A DNA stretch of 64,000 bases from the human T2T-CHM13v2.0 reference genome, Homo sapiens: the NCBI RefSeq assembly GCF_009914755.1, contig NC_060931.1; one strand, written 5' to 3'. Within the stretch, counting starts at the first letter, position 1. The number at the start of each line of letters is the position of its first letter. Below are positions 27,627 through 39,750 of the stretch, one piece after another. Under the pieces are notes generated by a model. That model saw only the letters and a program-made list of their open reading frames with translations. It did no database searches and was not told the origin of the DNA. The translations under genes and the position numbers were made by a program.

Positions 27627-29215
27627 CCATTCTAATAGGCGTGTGGTGGTTTTACTTTGCATTTCCAAACGGCTAATGATGTTGAACATCTTTTTATGGG
27701 TCTATTTGCCAACTGTATATCCTGTTCAATGAAATGTCTCTTCCTTTTTGTTCTCCATTTTCTTTTCTCACTTTTTTTTCCTCACTGTTGAGTCTTGACA
27801 ATTTTTATATATTGTAGGTACTAGTCCTTCTTCAGATAGGGTTTGCAAATATTTTCTCCTGTCTGTAGCTTATCTTTTAGAGAGCAAAAGTGATCTACTT
27901 TTATGAAGTCCAGTTTATCATTTTTTTCTGTTGTGGATTATGCTTCTGGTGTCAAGTTCAAGAACACTTTGCCTAGGACTAGACCCTGAAGATATTCTTC
28001 TGTACTTTTTTCTATAATTTTACAGTTTGCATTTTAATTTATGATTTTTTTAATATAAAGTGTGAGGATTGGGTTGAGGTTTACTTTTTTTCCTATATAT
28101 TCACAATTTCTCCAGCACCATTTGTGGAAAAGGCCACTCTTCCTGCAATAAACTTCTTTTGCACCTTTGTCCAAAGTCAGTTAGGCCTGTTTGTATGGGT
28201 CTATTTCTGTGTTTTCCGTTCTATTCAATTGAGCTATCTATCTGTCCCTCTGCCAAAACACATGCCCCTGATACAGTAGCTGTATAGTACATCTGGAAAT
28301 CAGTAGACTGATTCATATTGTTTTAGCTGTTCTATCTCATCTACATTTCTATGTAAGTTTAGAATAATCTTGCTTGTATCTTTAAAAAAAAACTTGCTGA
28401 AATTTTGATAGGAATTGTGTAAGACTTTGTCAATTTGGAGAGACTTGACATTTTTTTATTATGTTGAGTCTTCCTGTCCAGGAACATGGTATACCCTGCA
28501 GCACCCAAGCCCTGTGCATGTTTCAATAGATTTTCTTATATGTATTTAGTATGTTGAGCCGTTCTAAATGGTACTGTATTTTTAATATTGGTATTCATGC
28601 ATTCATTGATATTCTATAGAAATACAATTGGTTTTGAATGTTTATCTTATATCCTGTGAACTTGCTGAACTCATTAATTTTAGTTTTTTTTCCAAGCTGT
28701 CTTAGATTTTTAAAAATGTATATAATCATGCTGCCTGTAAATAGGCACTGTCTTATATCTTCTTTTTCAATGTTTGCCTTTTATTTCCTTCTCTTGCAGT
28801 GGCTGGAGCTTCCAGCACTATGTTGAATAAAAGTGGTGAGAGAGGCTGTCCTTGCCTTGTTCCCAATCTTAGGAGGAAAACATTCAGTGTTTCACCATTA
28901 AGTATAATATTAGCTGCAGGTTTTTTTTTTTATAGATGCCCTTATCAAGTTAAATAAATTATCTCTTCTTTTTTTTCTGAGAGATTCTATTATGAAAAGG
29001 CATTAAGTTTTATCAAATGCTTTTTTCTGAATTTATTGATATGATCCTGTGAATTTTCTTTAGCTTGTTAATATGGTGGATTACCTTGATTGATTTTAAA
29101 TATTGAACCAGTCTTGCATTCTTGGAATAAATCCTAATTGGTCATGGTGCCTACTTCTTTTCACATATTCTATTTACAGATATTTTTAGGGCAGTTTTTC
29201 AATATGTATTCACGC
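27627..29215 (-). mobile_element. L1MC-type LINE (continuation)
   Basis: Antisense ORF2: tttgcaaatattttctc, ccagcaccatttg, aaagtggtgagag..ccttgccttgttcc. Confidence 0.85.
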
Positions 29216-29422
29216 TTTCTTGTTTTTTGACTATGCTTTAAAATTTCCTCTTTCTAGTTGTATCTATAGTTGCTGTACGTTTGGAGCAGGGAAGGGTGTG
29301 CTGAAGAGGAAGCTTAGAGAGTCATCTAGAGGGAGGGCTACAGGGCAACTTTTTAAAACTATGGACATAAAATGCTTCGATAAAACTAAACATGATTCGG
29401 ACTTGGATTGTGTGGAATATCC

Positions 29423-29894
29423 ACATAGCAGATACCGTTGGTGCTCATCCCTGTTCCTCACCCACCACATCAGTGATGCCACCCCAGCTCCTGCCCCATC
29501 CTGCCTGCCTCCGTGCCTTTGTCTGACGCCTCCTTTGACTGCTGAATCCCATGCTACTTGTGCATGTGGCACACCAGAGTGCAAGGAATTAATGTCCCCA
29601 AGAGTAATTTTCAACCAATGCCTGACAGAAGTTGGTGCATAAATACTCCAGCTCCCTCCTCCTCAGGTCTGTAACTCTAAGGTGTGTGCTACATGCTGGC
29701 CTTGAGTCCCTGGTAGGACTGGACTCTGTGTGCCCACAGTGATCCTTTGAGAACGTATCATATCCTCTACTGGCTGCCTTCCTTCCTCAGTTTCACTTCT
29801 CCCAACAATGTTTCATGGGATCCTATACCAAACAAAGCACTTCACTGAAATTGTTTTCTCAGTATCGGCTACTGGGGAAATGCAAATTAAGACA
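29423..29894 (+). mobile_element. LTR16-family ERVL LTR
   Basis: ggaattaatg..caaccaatg..ataaatactccagctccctc; end ctactggggaaatgcaaattaagaca. Confidence 0.75.
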
Positions 29895-30004
29895 GACAAG
29901 AAATGAGTCTAATTCAGCCTGGAAAACTGTTGGATCAAAAGGTAAGGCACTTTGCTCACATGAGCAACTTATAATTTTGATATCGAGAGATGTGTCTTCT
30001 AGAG

Positions 30005-30242
30005 AGACAGAATAGTGCTGTGGCTAAAAATATGAGTGTAGTCAGCCTGATCTGGACTTGTACCCCAGCATCTCTGCTTCCTAACTGTGCTTTATAGCAA
30101 GTGACCAAACTCGAAGCCTCAGTTTCCTCAAAACAGGTGTAATGATACCATCTTCCTCATGCGACTGCCCTGAGTGCACACAGGGGCCTTGCACAGCAGA
30201 TCCAGTTCTGGCTCACAGCAAATGCTTCACAAAAGGCAGCTC
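30005..30242 (+). mobile_element. MIR SINE
   Basis: gtggctaaaaa..gcctcagtttcctca..ctggctcacagcaaatgct. Confidence 0.7.
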
Positions 30243-30310
30243 ATTTTTTTATCCTCAGGAGAGTGGCTTAAAGAATGGAATGAGCCTATAAAGGTGGAAA
30301 AGTAGAAGGC

Positions 30311-31111
30311 CAATGTGAACTGTGAGTGAATTAAATAGACCAGTGCAACAAAATCTCAACCTGTGAGTGAATTAAATAGACCAGTGCAACAAAATCTCAA
30401 ACTTTTCTGGACCAGTCCTTGCAAATGTGTCAGCAAAAGTAAGCACTTTTGGAAATACTCCTAAGATGGCATTTCAGAAGAAAGGTGACCCTGACTGTAA
30501 GAAGATCTAACCATAACGTGCCTGTTTCACTCACTTGAGGTATCTTGAAGTGAAGTAAAACTAATTTAAGTGATACTGTTCTGGGGAAAAAAGTAAAGAA
30601 TTATACACTTCTCAATTCTTGAATAATTAAAGCATTTTTTAAAGAAAAATAATTTAATGATGTTTTATCAGTTAGGAAGGTTTTCGGCTGCAAGTAAATT
30701 CAGAGCAGTGGCATTAGCAATACAAGAACAATGTGAACTGTGAGCGAATTAAATAGACCAGCACAACAAAACCTCAATCTTTCTGGGCCAATCCTTGCAA
30801 ATGTGTCAGCAAAAGTAAGCCCTGATTTATTTGTAAATACTCCTAAGATGGCATTTCAGAATAAAGGTGATCCTTACTATAAGAATATCTAACCATAATG
30901 TGCCTGTTATGCTCCCTTGAGGTACCTTGAAGCAAACTAGTCAAGGAAAGCTATTTAAGTGATACTGTTCTGGGGAAAAAGCAAATTATACACGTCTCAA
31001 ATTCTTCACAAATTAAGCATTTTTTAAAGAAAAAATAATTTGATGATATTTTATCAGTTAGGAAGGCTTTTGGCTGCAAGTAAATTCAAAGAGTGGTGGC
31101 ATGGGCAATAC
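30311..31111. repeat. Old ~380-bp tandem duplication with a nested perfect 41-bp duplication
   Basis: caatgtgaactgtgag starts at 30311 and 30729; colinear through gtggcat..gcaatac; 41-mer at 30320 and 30361. Confidence 0.95.
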
Positions 31112-31919
31112 GACCTTTTACTTCTCTCCCTTGGTATGAAGTCTGGGGCGATTATCACAGCTTCTTATGCCATGAAGGATCAATATCCAACTTTCCAACC
31201 TCCTCTTCATCAATTCATTGATGCAAAGAGGCTGCCACAATTGTACAAAGAAAAGAGAGAGAGGGAGAGTTTCCACTGTTCTTCCTCTCAGTTCCATCTA
31301 TTAAAGATGCACGAGCTTCCCGGATGCCTGTCTGCAGCTCCTTCTCTGGGTTGCTGACCACGACGCATGGCCCACGTACACTAGCTTTATGGGAGGCTGA
31401 GACATGCACACCTGGCCTTGTCAGCATCTCTAATGGCAGAGCAATGAGAGAGAAGTGGTTTGTTCCTATTGGTCACTGCGTCAGCCAGCCGCCAGGGTGT
31501 GCCTCCTCTACTGCCATTGCTTTCTGAGCTCCACCAGTTTATAGGATAGGCACGGCCTTTCTTACCTGTTCCTTCCAGCCATCACTGGGACTTTGCTTTG
31601 GCTTCCTTCCCCAAAACAAGTTTTGATCCAGAAATCCCCAAGTTGTCCCAAGTCATGAGCATAACTGGGCTTTATGAGAAACAGGTTTGCTCTGAGGGCC
31701 CTCACCTTTCTCACTGTGGTCCTGTGTGGAAGCTGAATGCTGCTTTCAGATGGCCACATTCCTCCTCTTGTGGTTTCTTTTGGGTTCATCTCCTACACTG
31801 GGTTCTAGGCTGACTCTTAACCATGTTAAGGTTCAGGTATGCCTGACTAACCCCTGCAGTGGCTCCTTCCAGCTGATGTCATCACAGTTACAGGCCTTCT
31901 GAAAACAGTGCCTGACCCC

Positions 31920-32080
31920 AGTGGTCCTCAGACATGAGCACCTCAGCATCCCAGGGAGGCTCCAGAATGCACAGATGGCAGCCCCTCACCCAAAGTGGGT
32001 GGGAAGGAGGGAGAATTTGCACTGCTGACAGGCTCCCAGGTGACGTGGATGATACTGGACTGTACCACATTCTGGGAACC
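31920..32080. mobile_element. MER5-type hAT-Charlie DNA transposon
   Basis: cagtggtcctca start; gaatttgcac..acaggctcccaggtga..gggaaccac end. Confidence 0.6.
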
Positions 32081-33282
32081 ACCACCTTACCCCAAGCACC
32101 CAGCATTCCTCCTATGTCCATCCTGGCTGCCTGTGGGTGAGGGTCCCTGAATGTGCTGATGGAGGAGGGAGGAAGGGAGCCCCTGAGAGTATTGTTGACG
32201 GCAGTGGCCCCTTCAGTTAAGGGAGGTGTACAGTTTATCACGGGGATAGCTTCCATTTAGCCAAATGGAAATTCACACTCTTACTTGTTACTGCTCTAGA
32301 GTGATAAGAAATTCATCTGGGCAAGGTCGTGCACAAACAGTACACCAAGTTCCAGAGCCTTTCCAGAAGCCTCGGAGGACATCACCTGAGTGCATCTGAC
32401 AGTCATCTGTCCAACCAGTGCACCCCTCCTACTGCACCCCGTTTGTAAATTGAGTACATTTTAGTTACTGGGATCATTCGCTTCTACTGTTAACTTCATT
32501 TTCTGATGGTGCTGTTTAAATTAGATGTTGTGATTGGTATGACCCAATTTTTCCATTTCCAAAAGTTGTTTTGCATTTTGTGTACATAGACATATGGAAT
32601 TATTGATGATTTCTATGGTGCCTCCACATTTTCAAGCAGTCTGAGCCGAGGGAGGAATTGCATGCTGCCTTGATGCTGATGGACATGATCTCTGCTCTAT
32701 CGACTGGCCATCATCTTCATGCACCTGTCCCTTCAATTGCTGGCTTGCCATGGTCCTTCAGCCGGTGTCACATATCTTGGCATTTTATTTTGTCAGGTTA
32801 GCACTTTGCTATGGTTGTTACCGTACATGGTCTTTGCAATGCTCTCAGATTGTCCTGTAGGTCACGTGGTGAACACTTTGAAGCTGAAGGACGGGACTCA
32901 TTTTTTCTGCGGCAAATGCATCTTTTGGCAGAATGGCCAGTCACGTTTGTTGCATGAGCATTTGCAGGTATGGGTTCTCTCTCCTTTTGTCTTGTTTAAG
33001 TGTCTCTAGGAGAAAGGACTGGTTTTCTGTGCTGGTTCTCTCCATGGCACCTCATAGGGTAGCAACATCTGTTGAAGTTCTGAGCTTATCTCAACACAAC
33101 TCAAACGTAGCTCACAGCAAAAAGCATGATGGAAGCCATCATTTCATGCTCTTTAAGATGCTTGAATTGTGGTGGCTGGAGCCAGAGGGTGAGTGAATGT
33201 TTGTCATGTCCACGTGGTTAGACACAGGGGGCTGAGGCTCTCACATCTTTGTGTCTCTGGGACCTGCCTCATAACAAGTGAC

Positions 33283-34337
33283 TGTGGCTAATTAGCAGTG
33301 GGGCAAATTCTTTGCTCATGTCCCCACCCAGAAGGAGGCCTCTGCTTTCCCCTTGGGTCTGGGAAGGGCTGTGCCTCCGTGGAGTGGGATGGACATGAGG
33401 CTGGGCCTTTGCATGGGGGATCCTGCTGCTTCCTATGCATGGAGGTCCCTCCTGTGGGCCAAGGCTGTGTTGAAGTCCCTCTGCCACAAGGACGTTGTGC
33501 TGTGAGGAAGCACAGTGGAGTGGTGTCCCCCATGAAAGTTATGTTCAAATGTAAACCCCTGGTATCTGCGAGTTTGCCTTTATTTGGAAATAGGGTCTTT
33601 GAAGATGTAATTAAGATGTACATTAAGATGAGGTCATGCTGGAGTAGAGTGGGCCCTTAATCCAACATGACGAGTGTCCTTATAGGAAGAGAAGTGACAC
33701 AGGCAGAGGGAAGATGGACAGGGGATAATGGAGACAGAGATGGAAGTGGTGCAGCTGCAGTCAGGAACGCGAGGACTCTGGCAGCCCAGCAGCCAGGAGG
33801 GCGTGACTGCCACACTTTGACCTCAGGCTTCTGCCTCCGCAACTGCAAGAACATGAATTTCCATTGTTTTAAGTCAGTCAGTTGGTGGTTCTTGGTTACA
33901 ATAGCCCAAAAAAACTAATGCAAGCCCGAGTGGGGCATGTGGATTAGTTTCATGGAGATAGAGAGAGAGAGACAGAGACAGAAACAGAAACTGAGGCAGA
34001 GAGAAGGGGAAGGAGGGGGTGAGAGACAGAGACTTGGAGAGAATATGAGAGACACCCAGAGACAGGGGCAAGACAGAGAGAGGAGAAAGAGGCAGGTGGG
34101 GGGTGGGGTGATGGGGAGTTAGTGCTCAGCCAACCCCTGCGGTTGCAGCTGTTGCAGCCGTCTTAGGTGCTGGACAAGCGAGTGAGGATACACCTCTGAC
34201 AATGTTGCCCCAGCTGCTAGAGCAGTGGAAACACCAGGCTAAGCGCAGTCCAGACTACAAAACTGAGAGGAGTCATAAGTTGTTGTTTTATGCCACTATG
34301 TGTGGATCGTGGTTTGTTACACAGATAACAGAAACAG
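33283..34337 (+). mobile_element. Older MLT1 (G/H-like) LTR interrupted by MLT1B/C (33510-33921) and a GA-rich tract
   Basis: Inner LTR ccttatttggaaatagggtctttg..aaactaatgca; outer end ttgttgttttatgccacta..tttgttacacagataacagaaaca. Confidence 0.75.
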
Positions 34338-36679
34338 CAATGAAAATAATTTGCTGAAATGAACTAATGACGCCCTCTGTGTGCTTGTTGACCGATTGAA
34401 AGTACCAGCTTCCATTGGCAAGGCAGGCGGCTGCAGTGGACTTTATCTGCAAAGGGTCTGTGGCTGTGTAGATCCTGTGTTTGGTTTAGCACTCAGGATT
34501 TAAACCCAAAGGCTGAGTATTTAGATGGTTTCATTCTGAGCTGCCAGTTCGCTGTCTGGGGGAGTACACTGGGAGGCTGCACTGGACTCAACTGCATCAA
34601 CATCGGCTGCCCACCGTGGACAGTGTGTGCACATGAAGATCATGTGTCCCAGTTAATTCCCCCAAACGAGCCTGCTACTGCATCATGGGTGTTGAGAATA
34701 AAAATATTTGCATCTGAAGTTTTCTGAGATGATGGGCCAAATTCAGAACTTCAGAGCCCGGATGAGAGACGTCTCTGAATGACCCTCCACACCTCCCCTC
34801 TTCCAGAGCAGCTCAGTCCCAGCAGAGCAGTTTTGGTAGTGATGGCTGTGTCACAATTTCAGAGGTGCCCAGGCCCAAGAATGCTTGGGTGAAATTCTGG
34901 AAAGCATGCTTGTGGGCCAGGTTGCAAAAACAAGTGAGTAGATATTTTTTCATTTTCCTATCATGCTTCCAAAAAAAAATCTCAATATGGGAAATTAAAT
35001 CAAATTATAGACCAGGTTAAAAAGTATTCTGCTTAGAAGTAAAATACACACCATCATGAAATCAACGAAGGGCACATTCAGGCTGGGATAATCTCTGCTC
35101 CTCGAACTCCTTCCTCTCATAGCAATGTCCTCTGACTGCCACTTCTAATTCGTGTTGGTGGAGTTGGAGTTTTCTTATGAATAGAAAAAGAGGGACTTAA
35201 TTTGTCACCAAAGCTTGATTCCTTTTTTTTTTCCTGCACATAAATCCTGTCAATTAGGTTAATAATAGAAGCAAACTTCATCATGAAATGAAATCTCCCC
35301 CAACATTTAAGACTGTGCAGTCCTCTCTTTGCCTAATTGTATTAATAAAATTTTTAGCAACATACTTTTGGGGATCAATGCAGCAGGCCCTGCCAATCAA
35401 GGACTTTTCTACTTACTGAAAAGGTGCTAGACTTTTTAGTTTCTTTGTGACAAACTATGGAAAGGCTGCGTTGCCCCCAGAAGATTAAATCTTTAATTTC
35501 ACATTATTTCCAGCCATCTCTATAGAACAAAGTGGGCTTTACCTGTTGAATATGGGGCTTACACGACTTGAAGTACTCTTGAGACATTAAGAGGCGGCCG
35601 AGAACGGTCTCTGAGATTTAAGCTGAGGGGAATTCTAAAGGGATTACTGCTGCATTTTCCATAAAACGAGAAATAAAAACAGACTTAAGCAATGCATGAT
35701 CATAAATGCATTCCTGCCGTGATGGAGAGTCCCATTCCCACTGCCACTCTGAGGCCCAGGCAGGAAGCTCTTGTCAAAGGCACCCACACTTGTAAGGATT
35801 TGTGCAAGTCCAATGTATAATGAAGTTAGGGCTGAATACTTTGGAAAGATTGGCTATTTGGGAAAAAAAAAAAAGATACTCTTCCATTTTCTCTGGCCCA
35901 AAGGTGAGAAATGTGCACATTATTTTGACATCATTAAGATATCTTTTGTTTGGAATGCTAACCTGTCTTGACCAGAACCGGATAATGCTCTCTATGAATA
36001 ATTAAGAACAAAGCTCTTCTTGGGAAGATTTTCATGACTGATTAACTATGTGGGCTGAAAAAAAAAAACCCTGATGTCTTCCAAAGATTAAAAGAAAATG
36101 AGGACCCCAATTAAAATCCTGTCATCCTTACTAATCAGCTTAAGAAACTCAACTAAAACAAAAGTTGTATTAAACATGTAACAGCATTCTCGAGCGTGCG
36201 TTGATTACTCAGCAATGCACATTTTGTATAAACACCCTCTAATGTTCTAAGCATATCTTGCTTTGAAATTTAAAACAGTGAAAGAAAATTATCATGCACT
36301 TGGAACGGTATGATGTAAAAAATGGAATTTTTGTTTTTAAGACTCTGTATTCAAAGTAATGTTCTGACTTTGTGGTAGTTTGGAGAATGTTGAGTGAAGA
36401 GGAAACAGTCTCTCTATGATCATGTGTCCCATTTAATGAATGAATTAAGTTAACTCATCCATCCTGACCACACATTTATTCATAAAAAATAAAAATGTGA
36501 CGGTACATTCGCTTCCTACCCTTGCTCTAAAGGAGGTTGTTATGCTTTCCAGGGGTATTAGTTCATGGCTAGATTCCTCCAGCTCTGAGCTTCTGTAATT
36601 CTAAGTATGACACTGTGGTTTCCCAACAAGACAAATACAGGCCAAATATGTGAAAAGAAGATGTAAGAGCTGCATGATT

Positions 36680-37050
36680 TTCAGAGCGCACCTTCTAGAA
36701 TTTTATCATTCAATGGACCGACTTGCTCGCGACCACAGACCCGGTTAGTGGAAGAGCGGATATAAAATCCCGAGCATGCTGGGCCTGGCCGGCCTCCGTC
36801 TGCGCTTCCGTGCTCCTCTCCTCATTGCGTCGTCCCGAGGTGACCACCCCGTGCCCTGGCTGCCCTGCGGGGATGTGAGCGGCAGGCCCCGGCAGCCCTG
36901 CTTGGGTACCTTGCCTTGCAGTGAGGACCTCGGAGGCTCAGGAAGGGGGCTGTCTCCTCCCTCGCCGTTCCCAGTTCCCTCTCCATGGCGGGGACACCAG
37001 TCTCCCAGATCCTCGGAGGGGGCGGGCATGTTGGAAGACGCCTGCTTACT
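36680..37050 (+). promoter_or_regulatory. CpG-rich promoter-like element with TATA box
   Basis: TATAAAA at 36761-36767 in non-repeat DNA; sharp AT-rich to CpG-rich transition; pyrimidine-rich initiator-like sequence ~30 nt downstream. Confidence 0.5.
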
Positions 37051-37295
37051 AGAACAATTTTGACCAACACCCACCTCAGAAAAGGAGGGTACTGAAGGCA
37101 CATCTGGTGTCAAATCGTCCCTGTCACCCTGAAAGCTGCATCTGGGACCTTCAGGGACCTCTCACTGCACACGTGGCCTGAAAGGAGGGCCCCAGGGAGC
37201 AGGGGTCCTGGGCACTTGCAGAACTGCTGAAGGAAGGGTCCCCAGAGGCAGGAAGCAGTGCCAGGGGCAGATGGGAGCCAGCAGGAGATGGGACG

Positions 37296-37505
37296 CCTGG
37301 CTCACCACCTGTCCCAGCCCAGCAGGAAGGGGCACTCTGGCCCTCACTCCCGGAGGACCCCTCAGCCCAGATGGGCACCTTGTTCAGGAGGACAGGCTCT
37401 CCTGGCTCACAGTCTGCCCCAGCCCAGCAGGAAGGGGTGCTCCCGACCTCACTCCCGGAGGACCCCTCAGCCCAGATGGGCACCTTGTTCAGGAGGACAG
37501 GCCTC
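37296..37505. repeat. 105-bp tandem duplication
   Basis: cctggctcac at 37296 and 37401; 3' half identical. Confidence 0.95.
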
Positions 37506-38694
37506 TGGCAGAGGGAAAGGATGGGGCCGTGTATCCCCGCCTCCCACATCCTCATTATTCTTTATTTCACGAGCTCTGGGGTGGGGAAGGACTGGAGGAG
37601 TCAGCCCAGCCCTGGATTCTCTTCCACCACGGCTGGGTTTGGGGTCCCCTGACTCTGGCACGTCCTCCCGGGAGTTGGACCCCGCTCTTGGGAGGCCTTA
37701 GAAGGACTGTGCAACTCCTCCCCCTGCTTTCCTGCCCCTTCTCTCCATGGAGCCTGGACCCTGGAGCTCCGACCCTGGAGCTCCAGCCCTGGAGGCAGCT
37801 CACAGCATTTCCTAAATGATGAAGACAACTACTAGCTGCTTTTCTTCAGGACAAATAAAACCTGTCAGTCCATGGAGCTCATCCCTATGTGACACGGTCC
37901 ACAACCTCTTGCAGCCTTGTCACCTCTGGGGACGTTGCAATGTATCCTGCGCCTTTTATGTGTGACAGCCCACACTGGATGCAACTACAGGGACCAACTG
38001 ATCAGCAAAGAGTGAGGTCGGGCTCTTCCGTCTGTGATCCCATTGAAGCCCGGGGGCTTTCTCATCTGGATCCCCAAACCAGGTTTCTCCATTTGGGGCG
38101 TCAGTGCAATTCAGTTTCTTAATTTATACTGGATCTTACGAGGGGGATGCTTCCTTTTAGCTTAATATTTTCAAAATTCTCCCCCCAACTTAGGAAAAGT
38201 CTACCTTGAAAATGCTCACTCAAAAATAAATACAGTTTTTTTCTCTCTCATTATTTCAAGCCCATGATATTTTGCCTCAGATTTGTTCTAATAGATTTTT
38301 CTCGATTGCATTTCAGTGATCAATTTAGGAGCAGAGGTGTGTAGAACATGGAGGGAGGGATACAGTGTTATGGAAAAGCACGCCGACAGCAGACTTGCAT
38401 ACTGTATGACACTGTATGCGTTTGAATACTGCTTTTATCTTCATTCTATTTTTAGGCTGCTTATTAAGGAAGATGGGCTTTCAATGCTCCTTCCTACCTC
38501 TTTCACTCCTTGGGAAACATCATTTTGCCCGTGGACACAGGAATCCATGTTCCCTTCTGGGTTCCCGGCTCCCCGCACAGGTGGCACTTAGACCAGAAGG
38601 GGTGGTGCCGATTCTTCCAGGAGCCCAGGCTCTTCTCACAACAATAAAATGTGACCTAGAGCTTTACCTTGCTTTGCTGTGCCCAATTCTATCT

Positions 38695-39125
38695 TTGAAA
38701 AATTGTTAATTGACAAATAATAATTATATATAGTTATGGGGTACAATGTGAGGTTCTGAACTATGCTTTCGTTGCAGAATGATTAAGTCAAGCTAATTAA
38801 CATATCCAGCACCAGATGAACCTGGAGGACATTTCGCTAAGTTTAAAAGCCAGGCACAGAGAGACAAATATCACGTGATCTCACCTGGGTGTGGAATCTG
38901 AAAGTGCCGAACTCGTAGAAGCCGGGAGTAGGAGGGTGGTTACCAGGGGCTGTGGCTGTGGGGAGCAGAATGGGGACTGGGGAGACACTGGTCAATAGGT
39001 CCACAGTGTCAGTCAGACAAAAAGAACAAGTTTTAGTGAAGCATTGCATAGCCTGATGACTGTAGTTTATAATAATGCATGGTGTGTTTCAAATTTGCAA
39101 AAAAAAATTGATTTTAAATGTTTTC
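38695..39125 (-). mobile_element. L1MA (6-8-like) 3' end with 5' inversion
   Basis: Antisense terminus 38695-38813 abutting sense segment 38814-39125 (gatgaacctggaggacatt...gattttaaatgtt). Confidence 0.85.
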
Positions 39126-39229
39126 GGTTCAATTTGCCTTTTCATTAACGCACTTTGATTGGGTACCTCCTTTTTGGCATGCGGTCTAATTAGGGAAATA
39201 TACACACATTAAAAAAATCATGAACCCCA

Positions 39230-39501
39230 TGGTACGGACTGCACATTTTGTTCTCCCAAAATTCATCTATTGAAACTCTAACCCCCAGGGAGATGCATAA
39301 GGAGGTGAGGCCTCTGGGATTGGTAGGTTTAAAGGAGGTCAAGAGCCGTATGCAAAACTGGAAGAGTACTTGCCAGACATTGGATCTACCAGTGTCTTCA
39401 TCTAGGACTCGCCTGCCTCCAGAACTGTGAGACATACGTGTTTTCGGTTTAAGCCACTCAGTTTGGGGTACTTTGTTACAGCAGCGCAAGCAGATTAGGA
39501 T
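39230..39501 (+). mobile_element. MLT1A-like LTR, internally deleted
   Basis: cccaaaattcat..ttgaaactctaacccc; gcctccagaactgtgaga..tttaagccactcagt..tttgttacagcagc. Confidence 0.8.
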
Positions 39502-39519
39502 GCCCCGTGGAACAACCCA

Positions 39520-39750
39520 GGTTCCGTGGATGTCATAGTTAGGGAGTTCTATGGGTAGAAGGAGTAGAGAAGAGATTGCTGTGGCTGGGAGGGCCGGGGA
39601 AGGCCTCTAGGAAGAACAGGAAACCAAGATGGCCCCCGAAGGGTGACTGGGATTTTGATAAGTTGGAGAGGAGCAGCAAGGAAAGTTGGGATCAGGACCC
39701 ACATGAACTCGGCATAAACACCAGCTCACATGGGCTGCGGTGTGGGGGAG
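39520..39750 (-). mobile_element. L2 LINE fragment
   Basis: ggggaaggcctctaggaaga..cccgaagggtgactgggattt resembles L2 3' antisense. Confidence 0.5.
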
